Source: Ignavibacteria bacterium
GTDB lineage: Bacteria; Bacteroidota; Ignavibacteria; Tepidaquicellales; Tepidaquicellaceae
Length of the DNA: 64,000 nucleotides
Direction of reading: 5' to 3'
Assembly: GCA_038225955.1 (NCBI GenBank)
Contig: JBBRQV010000001.1
Location: forward strand, 6,266 to 70,265
In this document: in pieces, positions 18,724 through 28,065 of the stretch
Layout: every line of letters begins with the position of its first letter
Position numbering within the stretch: the first letter of the stretch is position 1
Translations under genes and position numbers: made by a program
Notes under the pieces: model-generated
What the model was told of the DNA's origin: nothing
Seen by the model: only the letters and a program-made list of their open reading frames with translations
Databases searched by the model: none

Positions 18724-18755
18724 TTCCAATCGATGAGATGTAAGAAATACTCTAA

Positions 18756-18787
18756 AAGGTCTCCGGTTCGCTTCGGAGACCTTTTTT
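18756..18787 (+). terminator. Rho-independent terminator after OMP copy 2
   Basis: AAGGTCTCCG-GTTCGCTT-CGGAGACCTT perfect 10-bp stem plus TTTTTT. Confidence 0.8.
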
Positions 18788-18853
18788 AATTTTTATGTGT
18801 GACATGATTTATAATTATTAACAGATGTTTAATGTTTTATTAAAAACGAAACA

Positions 18854-20830
18854 ATGAAAACAAAATTAACAAACTCAACAAAATTTGTAAGCAGAATAGG
18901 GCTGCTGTTTTACAGTTTGATTTTAGCAGTACTTTTAGTAGTGCCGGCTTCAGTTTTTTCTCAGGAAGCGGTTGTAAGTAATGCGGTAAATAATCAGGTA
19001 AATCCTGCAATGACTACGGATAACAACGGTGGAACAATTGCCGTATGGCAGGATTTTAGAAACGGTAAATATGAAATATACGCTCAAAGAATGAATTCTT
19101 TCGGCGTTGCTCAGTGGACTGCTAACGGTGTTCCTATTTGCTTACAAGATAGTAATTATAGCCCGGCAATTACCTATGATGGTATTGGCGGTGCAATTAT
19201 TACATGGCAAGCATACAGAAACAGCGCAACAGCCGATATATATGCGCAGCGTGTAGATTCAAACGGTGTTATAATGTGGGCTCTTAACGGTCTTCCGTTA
19301 TGCACTGTAGTATTTGACCAAAACACTATTACAATGGTTAACGATGATAATGGCGGAGCTATTTTAACATGGAGAGATTATCGCAGTAATATCGGTCTTG
19401 CAGATATCTATGCCCAAAGAGTTGGTCCTACGGGAGCAATGTTATGGGTAGCTAACGGAGTAAGCGTTTGCAATCAGGCAGCAGAGCAAGGCGCGCCCAA
19501 GCTAGTAAGTGACGGAACAGGCGGTGCATTTATTACATGGTCGGATCTCAGAGCAGGTGATTACGATATTTATACACAAAGAATAAGCGCAGGCGGAGCG
19601 CCGCAATGGACAACTAACGGAGTTGCAACTTGTACTTCGGCATCAGACCAATTAACTCCTGCTATTTGCAGCGATGGAGCCGGTGGTGTAATAATTGTAT
19701 GGTCAGATTTCAGAAGCACAACAGATTTTAATATTTATGCCCAAAGACAAGGACCTGCAGGAGGAATTGTATGGACAGTTGACGGTATAGTTATGAATAA
19801 CAACGTTGCTTACGCGCAGACTGAACCGCAAATCATCAGTGATGGATTAGGCGGCGCGATTATGACGTGGACAGATTATAGAACAGGTGTTCTTGCCGAT
19901 ATATATGCGCAGCGTGTAAGTTCTACAGGGGCGGTGCAATGGACTGCAACAGGAGTTACAATTTGTACTGCTGCAAATGACCAGATAAAATCTCAGCTTG
20001 TTAGTGATGGAAATCACGGAGCATACATTGCATGGGAAGACCATCGTAATGCGGGCAACTCAGATATATATGTTCAAAGAATAGCTCAAGATGCATCATT
20101 AAACTGGTCAGCAAATGGTGTTGCAGTATGCAATGCAAACTACGACCAATTAAATCCTTCTATCGTAAGCAACGGTAATCTAGGAGCATTTGTAGTCTGG
20201 CAGGATTTCAGAGGCGGAAATGATTTCGATATAGTAGAGTACGGTTTTAATACAGCTCTTCCTGTTGAACTTGCATCATTCACTTCAATAGTAAACGGCA
20301 GAGATATAAATATAAAATGGTCTACAGTATCAGAGCTTAACAACTCAGGATTTGATATAGAAAGAAAAGCCGGAACTGATGCATGGACAAAGATAGGTTT
20401 CGTTGCAGGCAATGGAACAACTAATACATTATCGGAGTATAACTATGAAGATAAGAACTTACAATCAGGAAACTATTTTTACAGACTGAAACAAATTGAT
20501 TTTAATGGTAACTACAAATACTACACTCTAAGCAGCTTCACACAAATCGGAATTCCTGCCAAATTTAATCTCTCTCAGAATTATCCTAATCCGTTTAATC
20601 CTGTTACTCAGATAAATTTTGAAATACCTATCGATGCAATGGTTAATATAACCGTATTTGATATGGTAGGACGTGAAGTAAAAACTCTTGTAAATGAAAC
20701 AAAAGCTGCAGGGTTTTACACAGTGCAATTTGATGCTTCTGGAATTTCAAGCGGTACTTACTTATACAGAATTTCGACAAACGGTGACAATAAATTTACA
20801 ATGACAAAAAAACTTACGGTAGTAAAATAA
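18854..20830 (+). CDS. T9SS-secreted protein with eight ~52-aa DIYAQR-type repeats plus a PVELASF..NGNYKYY module and sorting domain
   Basis: Signal peptide. Repeats ..DG.GGAI..W.D.R....DIYAQR....G...W..NGV..C... C-terminal QNYPNPFNPVT...TKKLTVVK. Confidence 0.85.
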   Translation: MKTKLTNSTKFVSRIGLLFYSLILAVLLVVPASVFSQEAVVSNAVNNQVNPAMTTDNNGGTIAVWQDFRNGKYEIYAQRMNSFGVAQWTANGVPICLQDSNYSPAITYDGIGGAIITWQAYRNSATADIYAQRVDSNGVIMWALNGLPLCTVVFDQNTITMVNDDNGGAILTWRDYRSNIGLADIYAQRVGPTGAMLWVANGVSVCNQAAEQGAPKLVSDGTGGAFITWSDLRAGDYDIYTQRISAGGAPQWTTNGVATCTSASDQLTPAICSDGAGGVIIVWSDFRSTTDFNIYAQRQGPAGGIVWTVDGIVMNNNVAYAQTEPQIISDGLGGAIMTWTDYRTGVLADIYAQRVSSTGAVQWTATGVTICTAANDQIKSQLVSDGNHGAYIAWEDHRNAGNSDIYVQRIAQDASLNWSANGVAVCNANYDQLNPSIVSNGNLGAFVVWQDFRGGNDFDIVEYGFNTALPVELASFTSIVNGRDINIKWSTVSELNNSGFDIERKAGTDAWTKIGFVAGNGTTNTLSEYNYEDKNLQSGNYFYRLKQIDFNGNYKYYTLSSFTQIGIPAKFNLSQNYPNPFNPVTQINFEIPIDAMVNITVFDMVGREVKTLVNETKAAGFYTVQFDASGISSGTYLYRISTNGDNKFTMTKKLTVVK

Positions 20831-20946
20831 GAAGTATACTACAAGAGCAATATGTAATTGAATAATCTTAGGTCTTCATAGAATAATGGAAACCTGTTAG
20901 ATTTTCAAATTTAAAAGACATTAATTTAACTATTAAAAGCGAAACA

Positions 20947-22638
20947 ATGAAAACAAATTTAACACTTAAATTAAAAACTGCCATATTCAGTTTATTACTG
21001 ATGACAGCTTTTGCATTTCCAGTGGAAATTTTTTCACAATGGTCACAAGTGCCGGTTTCGGCTGCGCCAAATGACCAGACTAACCCAACAATTGTAAGTG
21101 ACGGCAGCGGCGGAGCAATAATGACCTGGCAGGATAAACGAAACGGCAGTACCTATGATATTTATGCCCAGCGCATGAATTCCACAGGCACTCCCCTATG
21201 GTCAGCTAACGGAGTAGTAATATGCTCGGCAGATAGCAGTCAGATTAATCCAAGACTTGTAGCAGATGGCAGCGGCGGAGCAATAATTTGCTGGGAAGAT
21301 AAAAGAAATGCAACGGGATGGGATATTTATTCACAAAGAGTAAACTCAAATGGAATAGTTCAATGGGCAACTAACGGACTTCCTGTTTGCACAGTTGTAT
21401 TTGAGCAGGATACTCTTGCAATGGTTGGCGATGGAATAGGCGGTGCAATTTTAACATGGCAGGACTATCGCAGTAATAATGGCTTTGCAGATATTTATGC
21501 ACAGCGTATTAGCACGGCAGGTGTAATGCTATGGACTGCAAATGGCGTAAGCATTTGTAATCAGGCAGCAGCTCAGCGCGGACCGAAAGTTTTAAGCGAT
21601 GGAACTGGCGGAGCTTTTATTACATGGGCTGATAACAGAGCCGGGAATTTTGATATATATACGCAAAGAATAAGTACAGGAGGAGCAGTACAGTGGACAA
21701 CTAACGGTGTTGCAACATGTACAATGGCTACTGACCAATTGAAACCTGATATTTGCAGTGACGGAGCAGCAGGTGTAATAATCACATGGACAGACTTTAG
21801 AAGCACCACAGATTTTAATATCTATGCGCAGAGACAAGGTCCTGCAGGAGCAATTGTTTGGACAGTAGACGGAATAGTTATGAATAACAATGTTGCTTAC
21901 GAACAAACCGATCCGAAGATTATCAGTGACGGTGTTGGCGGAGCAATTATTTCATGGACAGATTACAGAACAGGTATTACTGCTGATATTTATGCCCAAA
22001 GAGTGAACTCAACCGGTGCAGTACAATGGACTGCAACAGGAATAATAATTTGCACAGCAACAGGCGATCAGATAAAATCACAGTTAGTCAGTGATGGAAA
22101 CAGTGGAGCATATATTGTATGGGAAGATCATCGTAATGCAGGTAACTCAGATATCTATGCACAGAGAATAGCTTCAAATGCAGCCATCAATTGGTCAGCT
22201 AACGGAGTTATAATTTCTTCAGCTGTTCATGACCAGCTTAATCCTATGATGGTAATTGACGGTAATCTGGGAGCTATAGTAGTATGGCAGGATTTCCGTA
22301 ACAACAGTAACTATGATATTTATGCAGCAGGATTTAATACTTCAACAGGAATAATTAATACAAGTACTCTTGCTGAAAAATATAATCTATCACAGAATTA
22401 TCCGAACCCTTTTAATCCGACGACAAAAATAGAATTCGCAATTACAAAGCAGGAATTTGTCAGCTTGAAGATATATGATATTCAGGGCAGAGAAGCAGCA
22501 GTTTTGGTAAACGGAAATTTATCGTCGGGTACTTACAGTATTAACTGGGATGCAGCGAAATTCCAAACAGGAGTTTACTTTTACAAATTAGTAACTAATA
22601 GCTTTTCAGATACAAAAAAGATGATGTTAGTGAAGTAA
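20947..22638 (+). CDS. T9SS-secreted eight-repeat DIYAQR-type protein (tandem paralog, lacks the PVELASF module)
   Basis: Colinear with, and highly similar to, repeats of the 18854 product. C-terminal QNYPNPFNPTT...TKKMMLVK. Confidence 0.85.
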   Translation: MKTNLTLKLKTAIFSLLLMTAFAFPVEIFSQWSQVPVSAAPNDQTNPTIVSDGSGGAIMTWQDKRNGSTYDIYAQRMNSTGTPLWSANGVVICSADSSQINPRLVADGSGGAIICWEDKRNATGWDIYSQRVNSNGIVQWATNGLPVCTVVFEQDTLAMVGDGIGGAILTWQDYRSNNGFADIYAQRISTAGVMLWTANGVSICNQAAAQRGPKVLSDGTGGAFITWADNRAGNFDIYTQRISTGGAVQWTTNGVATCTMATDQLKPDICSDGAAGVIITWTDFRSTTDFNIYAQRQGPAGAIVWTVDGIVMNNNVAYEQTDPKIISDGVGGAIISWTDYRTGITADIYAQRVNSTGAVQWTATGIIICTATGDQIKSQLVSDGNSGAYIVWEDHRNAGNSDIYAQRIASNAAINWSANGVIISSAVHDQLNPMMVIDGNLGAIVVWQDFRNNSNYDIYAAGFNTSTGIINTSTLAEKYNLSQNYPNPFNPTTKIEFAITKQEFVSLKIYDIQGREAAVLVNGNLSSGTYSINWDAAKFQTGVYFYKLVTNSFSDTKKMMLVK

Positions 22639-22671
22639 GAAGAAGTAAGAAGAAGTAAGAAGAAGTAAGAA
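22632..22671. repeat. Perfect 10-bp tandem repeat GAAGTAAGAA x4, overlapping the stop codon of 20947..22638
   Basis: Read directly. TAA occurs at 22636, 22646, 22656 and 22666, so it is present in all three frames. Confidence 0.9.
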
Positions 22672-22687
22672 AATATAGTTTTTTAAT

Positions 22688-22727
22688 AAAGCTCCTGTAT
22701 TGTTTATCAGTACAGGAGCTTTTTTTA
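22688..22727 (+). terminator. Rho-independent terminator
   Basis: AAAGCTCCTGTA...TACAGGAGCTTT 12-bp stem plus a T-run. Confidence 0.75.
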
Positions 22728-22737
22728 TATAAAAATT

Positions 22738-22774
22738 AAAAGCCGTTTGGATTTTTTATCCTCACGGCTTTTTT
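22738..22774 (+). terminator. Second hairpin/terminator
   Basis: AAAAGCCGT-17 nt-ACGGCTTTT followed by TTTT. Confidence 0.45.
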
Positions 22775-22859
22775 GTTGGTTTGAAATTGTAAAATAATTT
22801 TTTAATTTTAAAAAGCCTCCCCGCAAGCGTAATCAATCATTTTTTATTCTTATAACATA

Positions 22860-23525
22860 ATGCACAATAAAATTTTCGAAGATGTAGATAACTATATTGA
22901 AAGTCTTTTGATTCCCCAAGATGATGCATTAGTTAAGGCGGAAGAATCTTTAGAGAAAGAAAATATTCCTGCAATAAGTGTCACACCGAATCAGGGGAAG
23001 TTTTTGCAAATCCTAGCGCAAAGCGTGCTGGCAAAAAATATTTTAGAAATCGGAACACTTGCCGGCTACAGCACAATCTGGCTGGCAAGAGCTTTACCGG
23101 AAAATGGTAAACTAATCACAATTGAGTTTGAACCGCATCATACCGAAGTCGCACAGAAAAATATTATGCGAGCAGGGCTTGAATCAAAAGTAAAAATTAT
23201 CACAGGCAAAGCAATGGATGTATTAGAAAAAATGATTGAAGAAAAAAGAGAACCTTTTGATTTTATTTTCATTGATGCTGATAAACCACCCTACACCGAA
23301 TATTTTCAGTTAGCATTAAAGCTTTCGCATAAGGGAGCATTAATAATCGCAGATAATGTAATCCGCAACGGAGATATTCTTCACGAAAATAGTACAGATG
23401 AAAAAGTTTTAGGTGTGCAAAGGTTCAATAAATTTCTATCTGAGTGCAAAGAAGTAAATGCAACTATTATCCAAACCGTAGGGGTGAAAGAGTACGACGG
23501 AATGGCAGTAGCAGTAGTGAAATAA
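22860..23525 (+). CDS. Class I SAM-dependent O-methyltransferase (caffeoyl-CoA OMT / YrrM-like)
   Basis: ILEIGTLAGYSTIWLA (SAM motif I), FDFIFIDADK and ALIIADNV are typical of the Methyltransf_3 family. Confidence 0.9.
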   Translation: MHNKIFEDVDNYIESLLIPQDDALVKAEESLEKENIPAISVTPNQGKFLQILAQSVLAKNILEIGTLAGYSTIWLARALPENGKLITIEFEPHHTEVAQKNIMRAGLESKVKIITGKAMDVLEKMIEEKREPFDFIFIDADKPPYTEYFQLALKLSHKGALIIADNVIRNGDILHENSTDEKVLGVQRFNKFLSECKEVNATIIQTVGVKEYDGMAVAVVK

Positions 23526-23536
23526 AATTAACAAAC

Positions 23537-23953
23537 ATGACAGGCTTCACAATAAAAACAAAAGACGGAGAAAAAATCCGTTTCGCTTATTACATTTCAG
23601 ATGCCCCTGTTACATCGAAGGCATTTGATGATGCTCTTCCATACACAGAAACTTTTTATCATGCAAAAGTATCAGGAGAAGAGATATGGACTGATAAAGC
23701 TCCTGAGCTTAATATCATTCAGGAAAATTCATCAGTGTTTATACAAGCGGGAGAAGTTGTTATCGGTCCCATAGGTCCTTTCAGAAATAAAGTAATAAAA
23801 TGCATGGGCATTATGTACGGCGAAGGTAAGCTGCTTGACTGCGGAAATATATTTGCAAAGGTTTACGATGAAGACTTATCATCGTTAAAAGTAGTATGCA
23901 AAAAATTCTGGAGCGAAGGATTTCACGAATTAACTTTTGAAAAACTCGACTAA
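23537..23953 (+). CDS. Cyclophilin-like DUF3830-type protein, 138 aa
   Basis: Start moved to the ATG at 23537, because the track ORF 23444 overlaps the OMT in another frame. The ..SDAPVTSKAFDDALPY..HAKVSGEEIW.. pattern recalls DUF3830. The family assignment is from memory only. Confidence 0.55.
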   Translation: MTGFTIKTKDGEKIRFAYYISDAPVTSKAFDDALPYTETFYHAKVSGEEIWTDKAPELNIIQENSSVFIQAGEVVIGPIGPFRNKVIKCMGIMYGEGKLLDCGNIFAKVYDEDLSSLKVVCKKFWSEGFHELTFEKLD

Positions 23954-23964
23954 AATAATAAAGC

Positions 23965-24384
23965 ATGTTTGATTATAGAGAAATGACCTTAAACGATTAC
24001 GAAGATTCAATTGAGCTTTGGAAAAAAACCGAAGGAATGGGATTTCTTGAAAACGATACAACTGAGTCATTGGGATTTTATCTTAAGCGAAATCTGGGGA
24101 TGAGTTTTGTTTGCGTTGAGAAAGAAATAAATTCAATTGTAGGAACTATACTCGGCGGACATGATGGCAGGCGCGGATATATTTATCATCTTGCAGTTAA
24201 TCCTGATTACAGAGGGAAATCAATCGGCAAAACACTCATAGATTTAACCGTTACAAAAATAAAAGAAGCCGGATTGAAACGGTGCCTTGCATTGGTTCTC
24301 GATTCCAATAAAAACGGAATTAAATTCTGGGAAAAAATAAACTGGAATGAACGTGATTTGATTGTTTATTCACTCGATTTATAG
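23965..24384 (+). CDS. GNAT family N-acetyltransferase
   Basis: ..RRGYIYHLAVNPDYRGKSIGKTLI.. acetyl-CoA binding motif A. Confidence 0.85.
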   Translation: MFDYREMTLNDYEDSIELWKKTEGMGFLENDTTESLGFYLKRNLGMSFVCVEKEINSIVGTILGGHDGRRGYIYHLAVNPDYRGKSIGKTLIDLTVTKIKEAGLKRCLALVLDSNKNGIKFWEKINWNERDLIVYSLDL

Positions 24385-24481
24385 CAACTTTGTCACAACT
24401 TTCCTTTCGAAACATCTAATATTTAAAGACGTAATTTAAGGACGTAAGCTTTTACTCCCCTAGATTAAACCGAATAATTTT

Positions 24482-25699
24482 ATGAAAAACTTAGTTTGCC
24501 TTTTAGCATTTTTACTTATCCCGTTTATTTCAAACGCGCAAACAGATTTTTTAAACGACAATAAATTATACAATAATCTTTATCCGCACGACTTGGTTGA
24601 ATTTTTAAAAGCAAATCCCGATGCGCTTTTGATAGATGTCAGAAGTCCCGGGGAATTTGCCGATACAAGTTCTAAGCAAAGTCTGAATATTGGTCATTTA
24701 AAAGGAGCAATAAATATTTCAATCGATTCAATTGAGAACAGAGTAAACGATATAAAAGACCATACCGATAAACCCGTTATTCTTTACTGCTCGCATAGCC
24801 AGAGAAGCAGAAGAGTGAGCAAATATCTTTTAGAAAACGGATTCAAAAAAGTTTACAATCTTAATGGCGGAATGACTTATATGACGCAGGCAAATGAGAA
24901 TGATTTTCCGGGTAAAAAGGAAATGATAGTTTTTTCACAGCCGTATAGGAATGTTTCAGTTGAAGAAGCGGTGAATTTAATTAACGATAATTCAGATATA
25001 GTGATTATTGATGTAAGAACTTCTGCTCAGTTTGAAGGACAAGATTCCGTTCAATCAAATAATATAGGAAGAATAAAACATTCCGTAAATATTCCATTTG
25101 AAGAGTTAAGAAACAGTTTATCAAACCTTGAATCTTACAAAGATAAAAATATTTTAGTATATGATATAAACGGAGCTCTTGGCAATCCTGCAGCAAAAAT
25201 TTTAGTAGAGAATGGATTTTCCAAAGTTAATCATCTCATAGGAGGAACCGGCGCAATTTACAGGGAATCGGGCTCTGAAGTAAGAAGAAAAATTATGACA
25301 AACTTACCAAAATATAGTATTTTAAATCCGGTTGAAACGGTAAACCTCATTAAATCACACCATGACTTAATTATTTTAGATGTTCGCCCTACAGATGATT
25401 ACAACAACAAAGGAATGATGTCTATGCTTAACGTTGGGAGATTAAAAAATTCGATTAATTTCCCGGCAGAAAAATTTGAAAGTGATGGACTCAAAACATT
25501 AAAAGATAAAAACTTAAAAATACTATTATATGGCTCCGGTGACGGCGCATATAAATGCGCAAAGATTCTTGAGGAAAATGGATTTAAAAATGTAAATGTA
25601 CTGATAGAAGGATTATGGTCTTTGGTTTCTACTTATGCAAACATAAAAGGATATGAGGATATAAAAAATCTCATAGAAAATCACAAAGGAATGTGGTAA
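24482..25699 (+). CDS. Secreted triple-rhodanese-domain protein
   Basis: Signal peptide and three rhodanese-like modules. Only the first has a catalytic-loop Cys (LYCSHSQRSRR). Modules 2 and 3 have D and G at that position. Confidence 0.8.
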   Translation: MKNLVCLLAFLLIPFISNAQTDFLNDNKLYNNLYPHDLVEFLKANPDALLIDVRSPGEFADTSSKQSLNIGHLKGAINISIDSIENRVNDIKDHTDKPVILYCSHSQRSRRVSKYLLENGFKKVYNLNGGMTYMTQANENDFPGKKEMIVFSQPYRNVSVEEAVNLINDNSDIVIIDVRTSAQFEGQDSVQSNNIGRIKHSVNIPFEELRNSLSNLESYKDKNILVYDINGALGNPAAKILVENGFSKVNHLIGGTGAIYRESGSEVRRKIMTNLPKYSILNPVETVNLIKSHHDLIILDVRPTDDYNNKGMMSMLNVGRLKNSINFPAEKFESDGLKTLKDKNLKILLYGSGDGAYKCAKILEENGFKNVNVLIEGLWSLVSTYANIKGYEDIKNLIENHKGMW

Positions 25700-25732
25700 A
25701 CTCTCGCATTCAATTATTTATAACATTCGCAA

Positions 25733-26191
25733 ATGGAAGAAAAAATTTTAAGTGAAAAAGAATTTCACAAAAAATTTGGGGTAGATTGTTTTAACGGTAC
25801 GTGGGAAATTATGAAAAAAGAAAATCCGACCGATGATGATGTTTGCGAAGCAATAAGACTTGCTCATTTATCTACATGGCACTGGCGTTTTGTAGGGACA
25901 GAGCTAAATCAGCAGCGTGGCGAATGGATTTGCTCAAGAGTGCATGCTCACTATGGCTTGGGCGAACGCGCACTGTACTATGCAAAGCGATGTTATGATT
26001 TAACAATTAAGCATTGTTTCGATGACTTCGATTTAGGCTACGGCTATGAATGTATGGCACGCGCTTATATGGTTTTAGGGGATGAAAGTGAAAAAGAAAA
26101 ATATCTTATACTCGCTAAAGAATCTGTAACGCAGATAAAGAAAAAGGGAGATAAAGATTGGTTCCTGAAAGATCTTTCTACTATAAAATAG
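25733..26191 (+). CDS. Conserved hypothetical protein, 152 aa
   Basis: Clean ORF with a helical composition. No family name assigned. Confidence 0.65.
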   Translation: MEEKILSEKEFHKKFGVDCFNGTWEIMKKENPTDDDVCEAIRLAHLSTWHWRFVGTELNQQRGEWICSRVHAHYGLGERALYYAKRCYDLTIKHCFDDFDLGYGYECMARAYMVLGDESEKEKYLILAKESVTQIKKKGDKDWFLKDLSTIK

Positions 26192-26203
26192 ATTCAGTAA
26201 TTA

Positions 26204-26228
26204 AAAAGGCGGTTCATCACCGCCTTTT
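26204..26228. terminator. Bidirectional terminator
   Basis: AAAAGGCGG-TTCATCA-CCGCCTTTT. Confidence 0.75.
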
Positions 26229-26241
26229 GTTTTAATAAAAT

Positions 26242-27993
26242 TTACAGTATCTCTTTCCAGATGCTCCTATCTTTCAGCATTACTTCTCTCAGTAAAGGAA
26301 TAGGAGGAGAACCGTGTCTCAAGAATTCGTCATGAAATTTTTGAAGTGAATAATTTCCGCCTTCCTGCTTTTGATAATCATCTCTTAGTTTAAAAATCAT
26401 TAATTTCCCCAGTGTGTAATTCAAGTAGCCAGGGTCGTTTGTTCCTCTCATTGCTTCAGAGTGAGCCGGTTGTTTTTCATAGTAACAGTTATCAGTAAAA
26501 AATTGCGTAGCTTCATCCACTGTCATTCCCTGAGTATGCATTTTTATTGAAACACAAAGACGGCAATAACGGAGAAGCGATTCATCCAACTGCGCAAGAC
26601 GGTATTTTAATCCGGTCATCTCACTGTTTGTCTTTCCAAATCCTTCATCAATCATCATCTGTTCGCAGTAATGCGCCCAGCCTTCTGAGAAGGCATAGCT
26701 TCCAAAAATCTTCTGCATCTTAGTTGCATCGGATGCATTTACGTGGAGAAACTGAATGTAATGGCCGGGATAGGCTTCGTGAATCGATACCACATCAGTC
26801 GTGTAATAATTAAATGCAGTAAGCCACTCATCTTTTTGCTTATCACTCCAACTGCTTTCAACAGGCGTAACATAGTAATAAGCCTGAACGGATTTCTCAA
26901 AAGGTCCGGGAGTATCCATCGAAGCAAAACTTGTAGCGCGCGCGTACTGCGGCGTTTCCTTCACAATTGCTTTCACATCCGAGGGAAGCGAAACGATTTT
27001 TTTATCTATAAGGTACTGTCTTATTGCATCAAGATTTTTCTTTGTATCGGGAATAAGTCCCTCCGCAGTCGGATGGTCCTTCTGAATTTCCTTAAACACA
27101 TCTATTGCCTTTTTAGTGGGGTCAATTTTTTTTGCGACTTCTTCAAATCTCCGCTGCTCTTCTTTCAAATGCTTTAAACCTATTGCAAGAATTTCTTCCG
27201 GTGTATAAGTAACCATTTCTCCAGCAAGCATTTTCTGATAAAGCTCTTTACCTATAGCATAATTGTTATCTGCCTTGGGTAGTTTTTCTTTTTCAAGATA
27301 ATCCGCATAAGATTTTAACTCGCTGATTGCTCGATTATTCGCATCGTTAAAATCTTGCATCAGTGCATCATCCTTTACATCTTTTAATGCAACCTTTAAA
27401 TCACTGCCAAGAAAATCTGCTGAGCCATTTGCAATTTGTATCGCAATCTCAACATAGGGTTTTGGAAGAACATCTTTTAAATTTTGTCTCGCAGCAGCAA
27501 ATACATTCGGTGCATTTTTTTCGATTTTAATAATGGATTTAACTCTATCCTCTATGGGAGCAAAGTCTCTTGATATATAAATGTTCACGTCTACTGCCCC
27601 TGCATACATCATTGGATTTTTGCGATATGACTCTCTATCGTCAACTCCAAATAACTGCTTGCCGATTTCAAGTGATAAAATTTTATAGTTGAAATAATTT
27701 TTAGCGTTTAGCTCTGAAGGATTTATTGCTTCGAGTTTTGTCCTGTAGTTTCTCAGCCAGTCGGATTGCTTAATAAACGCAGCTAAAGAATAATCGGAAG
27801 TTTTTCCGTCGTATTGATGAAGACCAAGACCGGTAGCAGATTCGGGATTCAAATCAAGATACTCATTGATAAAATTTTCCGATAAAATTTCAAAATCGGA
27901 GTTTGCATCGGAAATTTTTATTAGAGTTGGATTGTTAAATCCTAATTGTAAAAACGTAAATATAGATAGTAAAAAAAATGTAAATAGTTTCAT
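26242..27993 (-). CDS. DUF885 family protein (metallopeptidase-like), secreted
   Basis: Signal peptide. HEAYPGHYIQF motif and overall length are typical of DUF885. Confidence 0.75.
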   Translation of the reverse strand: MKLFTFFLLSIFTFLQLGFNNPTLIKISDANSDFEILSENFINEYLDLNPESATGLGLHQYDGKTSDYSLAAFIKQSDWLRNYRTKLEAINPSELNAKNYFNYKILSLEIGKQLFGVDDRESYRKNPMMYAGAVDVNIYISRDFAPIEDRVKSIIKIEKNAPNVFAAARQNLKDVLPKPYVEIAIQIANGSADFLGSDLKVALKDVKDDALMQDFNDANNRAISELKSYADYLEKEKLPKADNNYAIGKELYQKMLAGEMVTYTPEEILAIGLKHLKEEQRRFEEVAKKIDPTKKAIDVFKEIQKDHPTAEGLIPDTKKNLDAIRQYLIDKKIVSLPSDVKAIVKETPQYARATSFASMDTPGPFEKSVQAYYYVTPVESSWSDKQKDEWLTAFNYYTTDVVSIHEAYPGHYIQFLHVNASDATKMQKIFGSYAFSEGWAHYCEQMMIDEGFGKTNSEMTGLKYRLAQLDESLLRYCRLCVSIKMHTQGMTVDEATQFFTDNCYYEKQPAHSEAMRGTNDPGYLNYTLGKLMIFKLRDDYQKQEGGNYSLQKFHDEFLRHGSPPIPLLREVMLKDRSIWKEIL

Positions 27994-28065
27994 TCGTTTT
28001 TTAAAGTGTAATGTTAAATTAAGTAATATGAATTTATTTACAAATATCTTTATTTTGGATTATAT

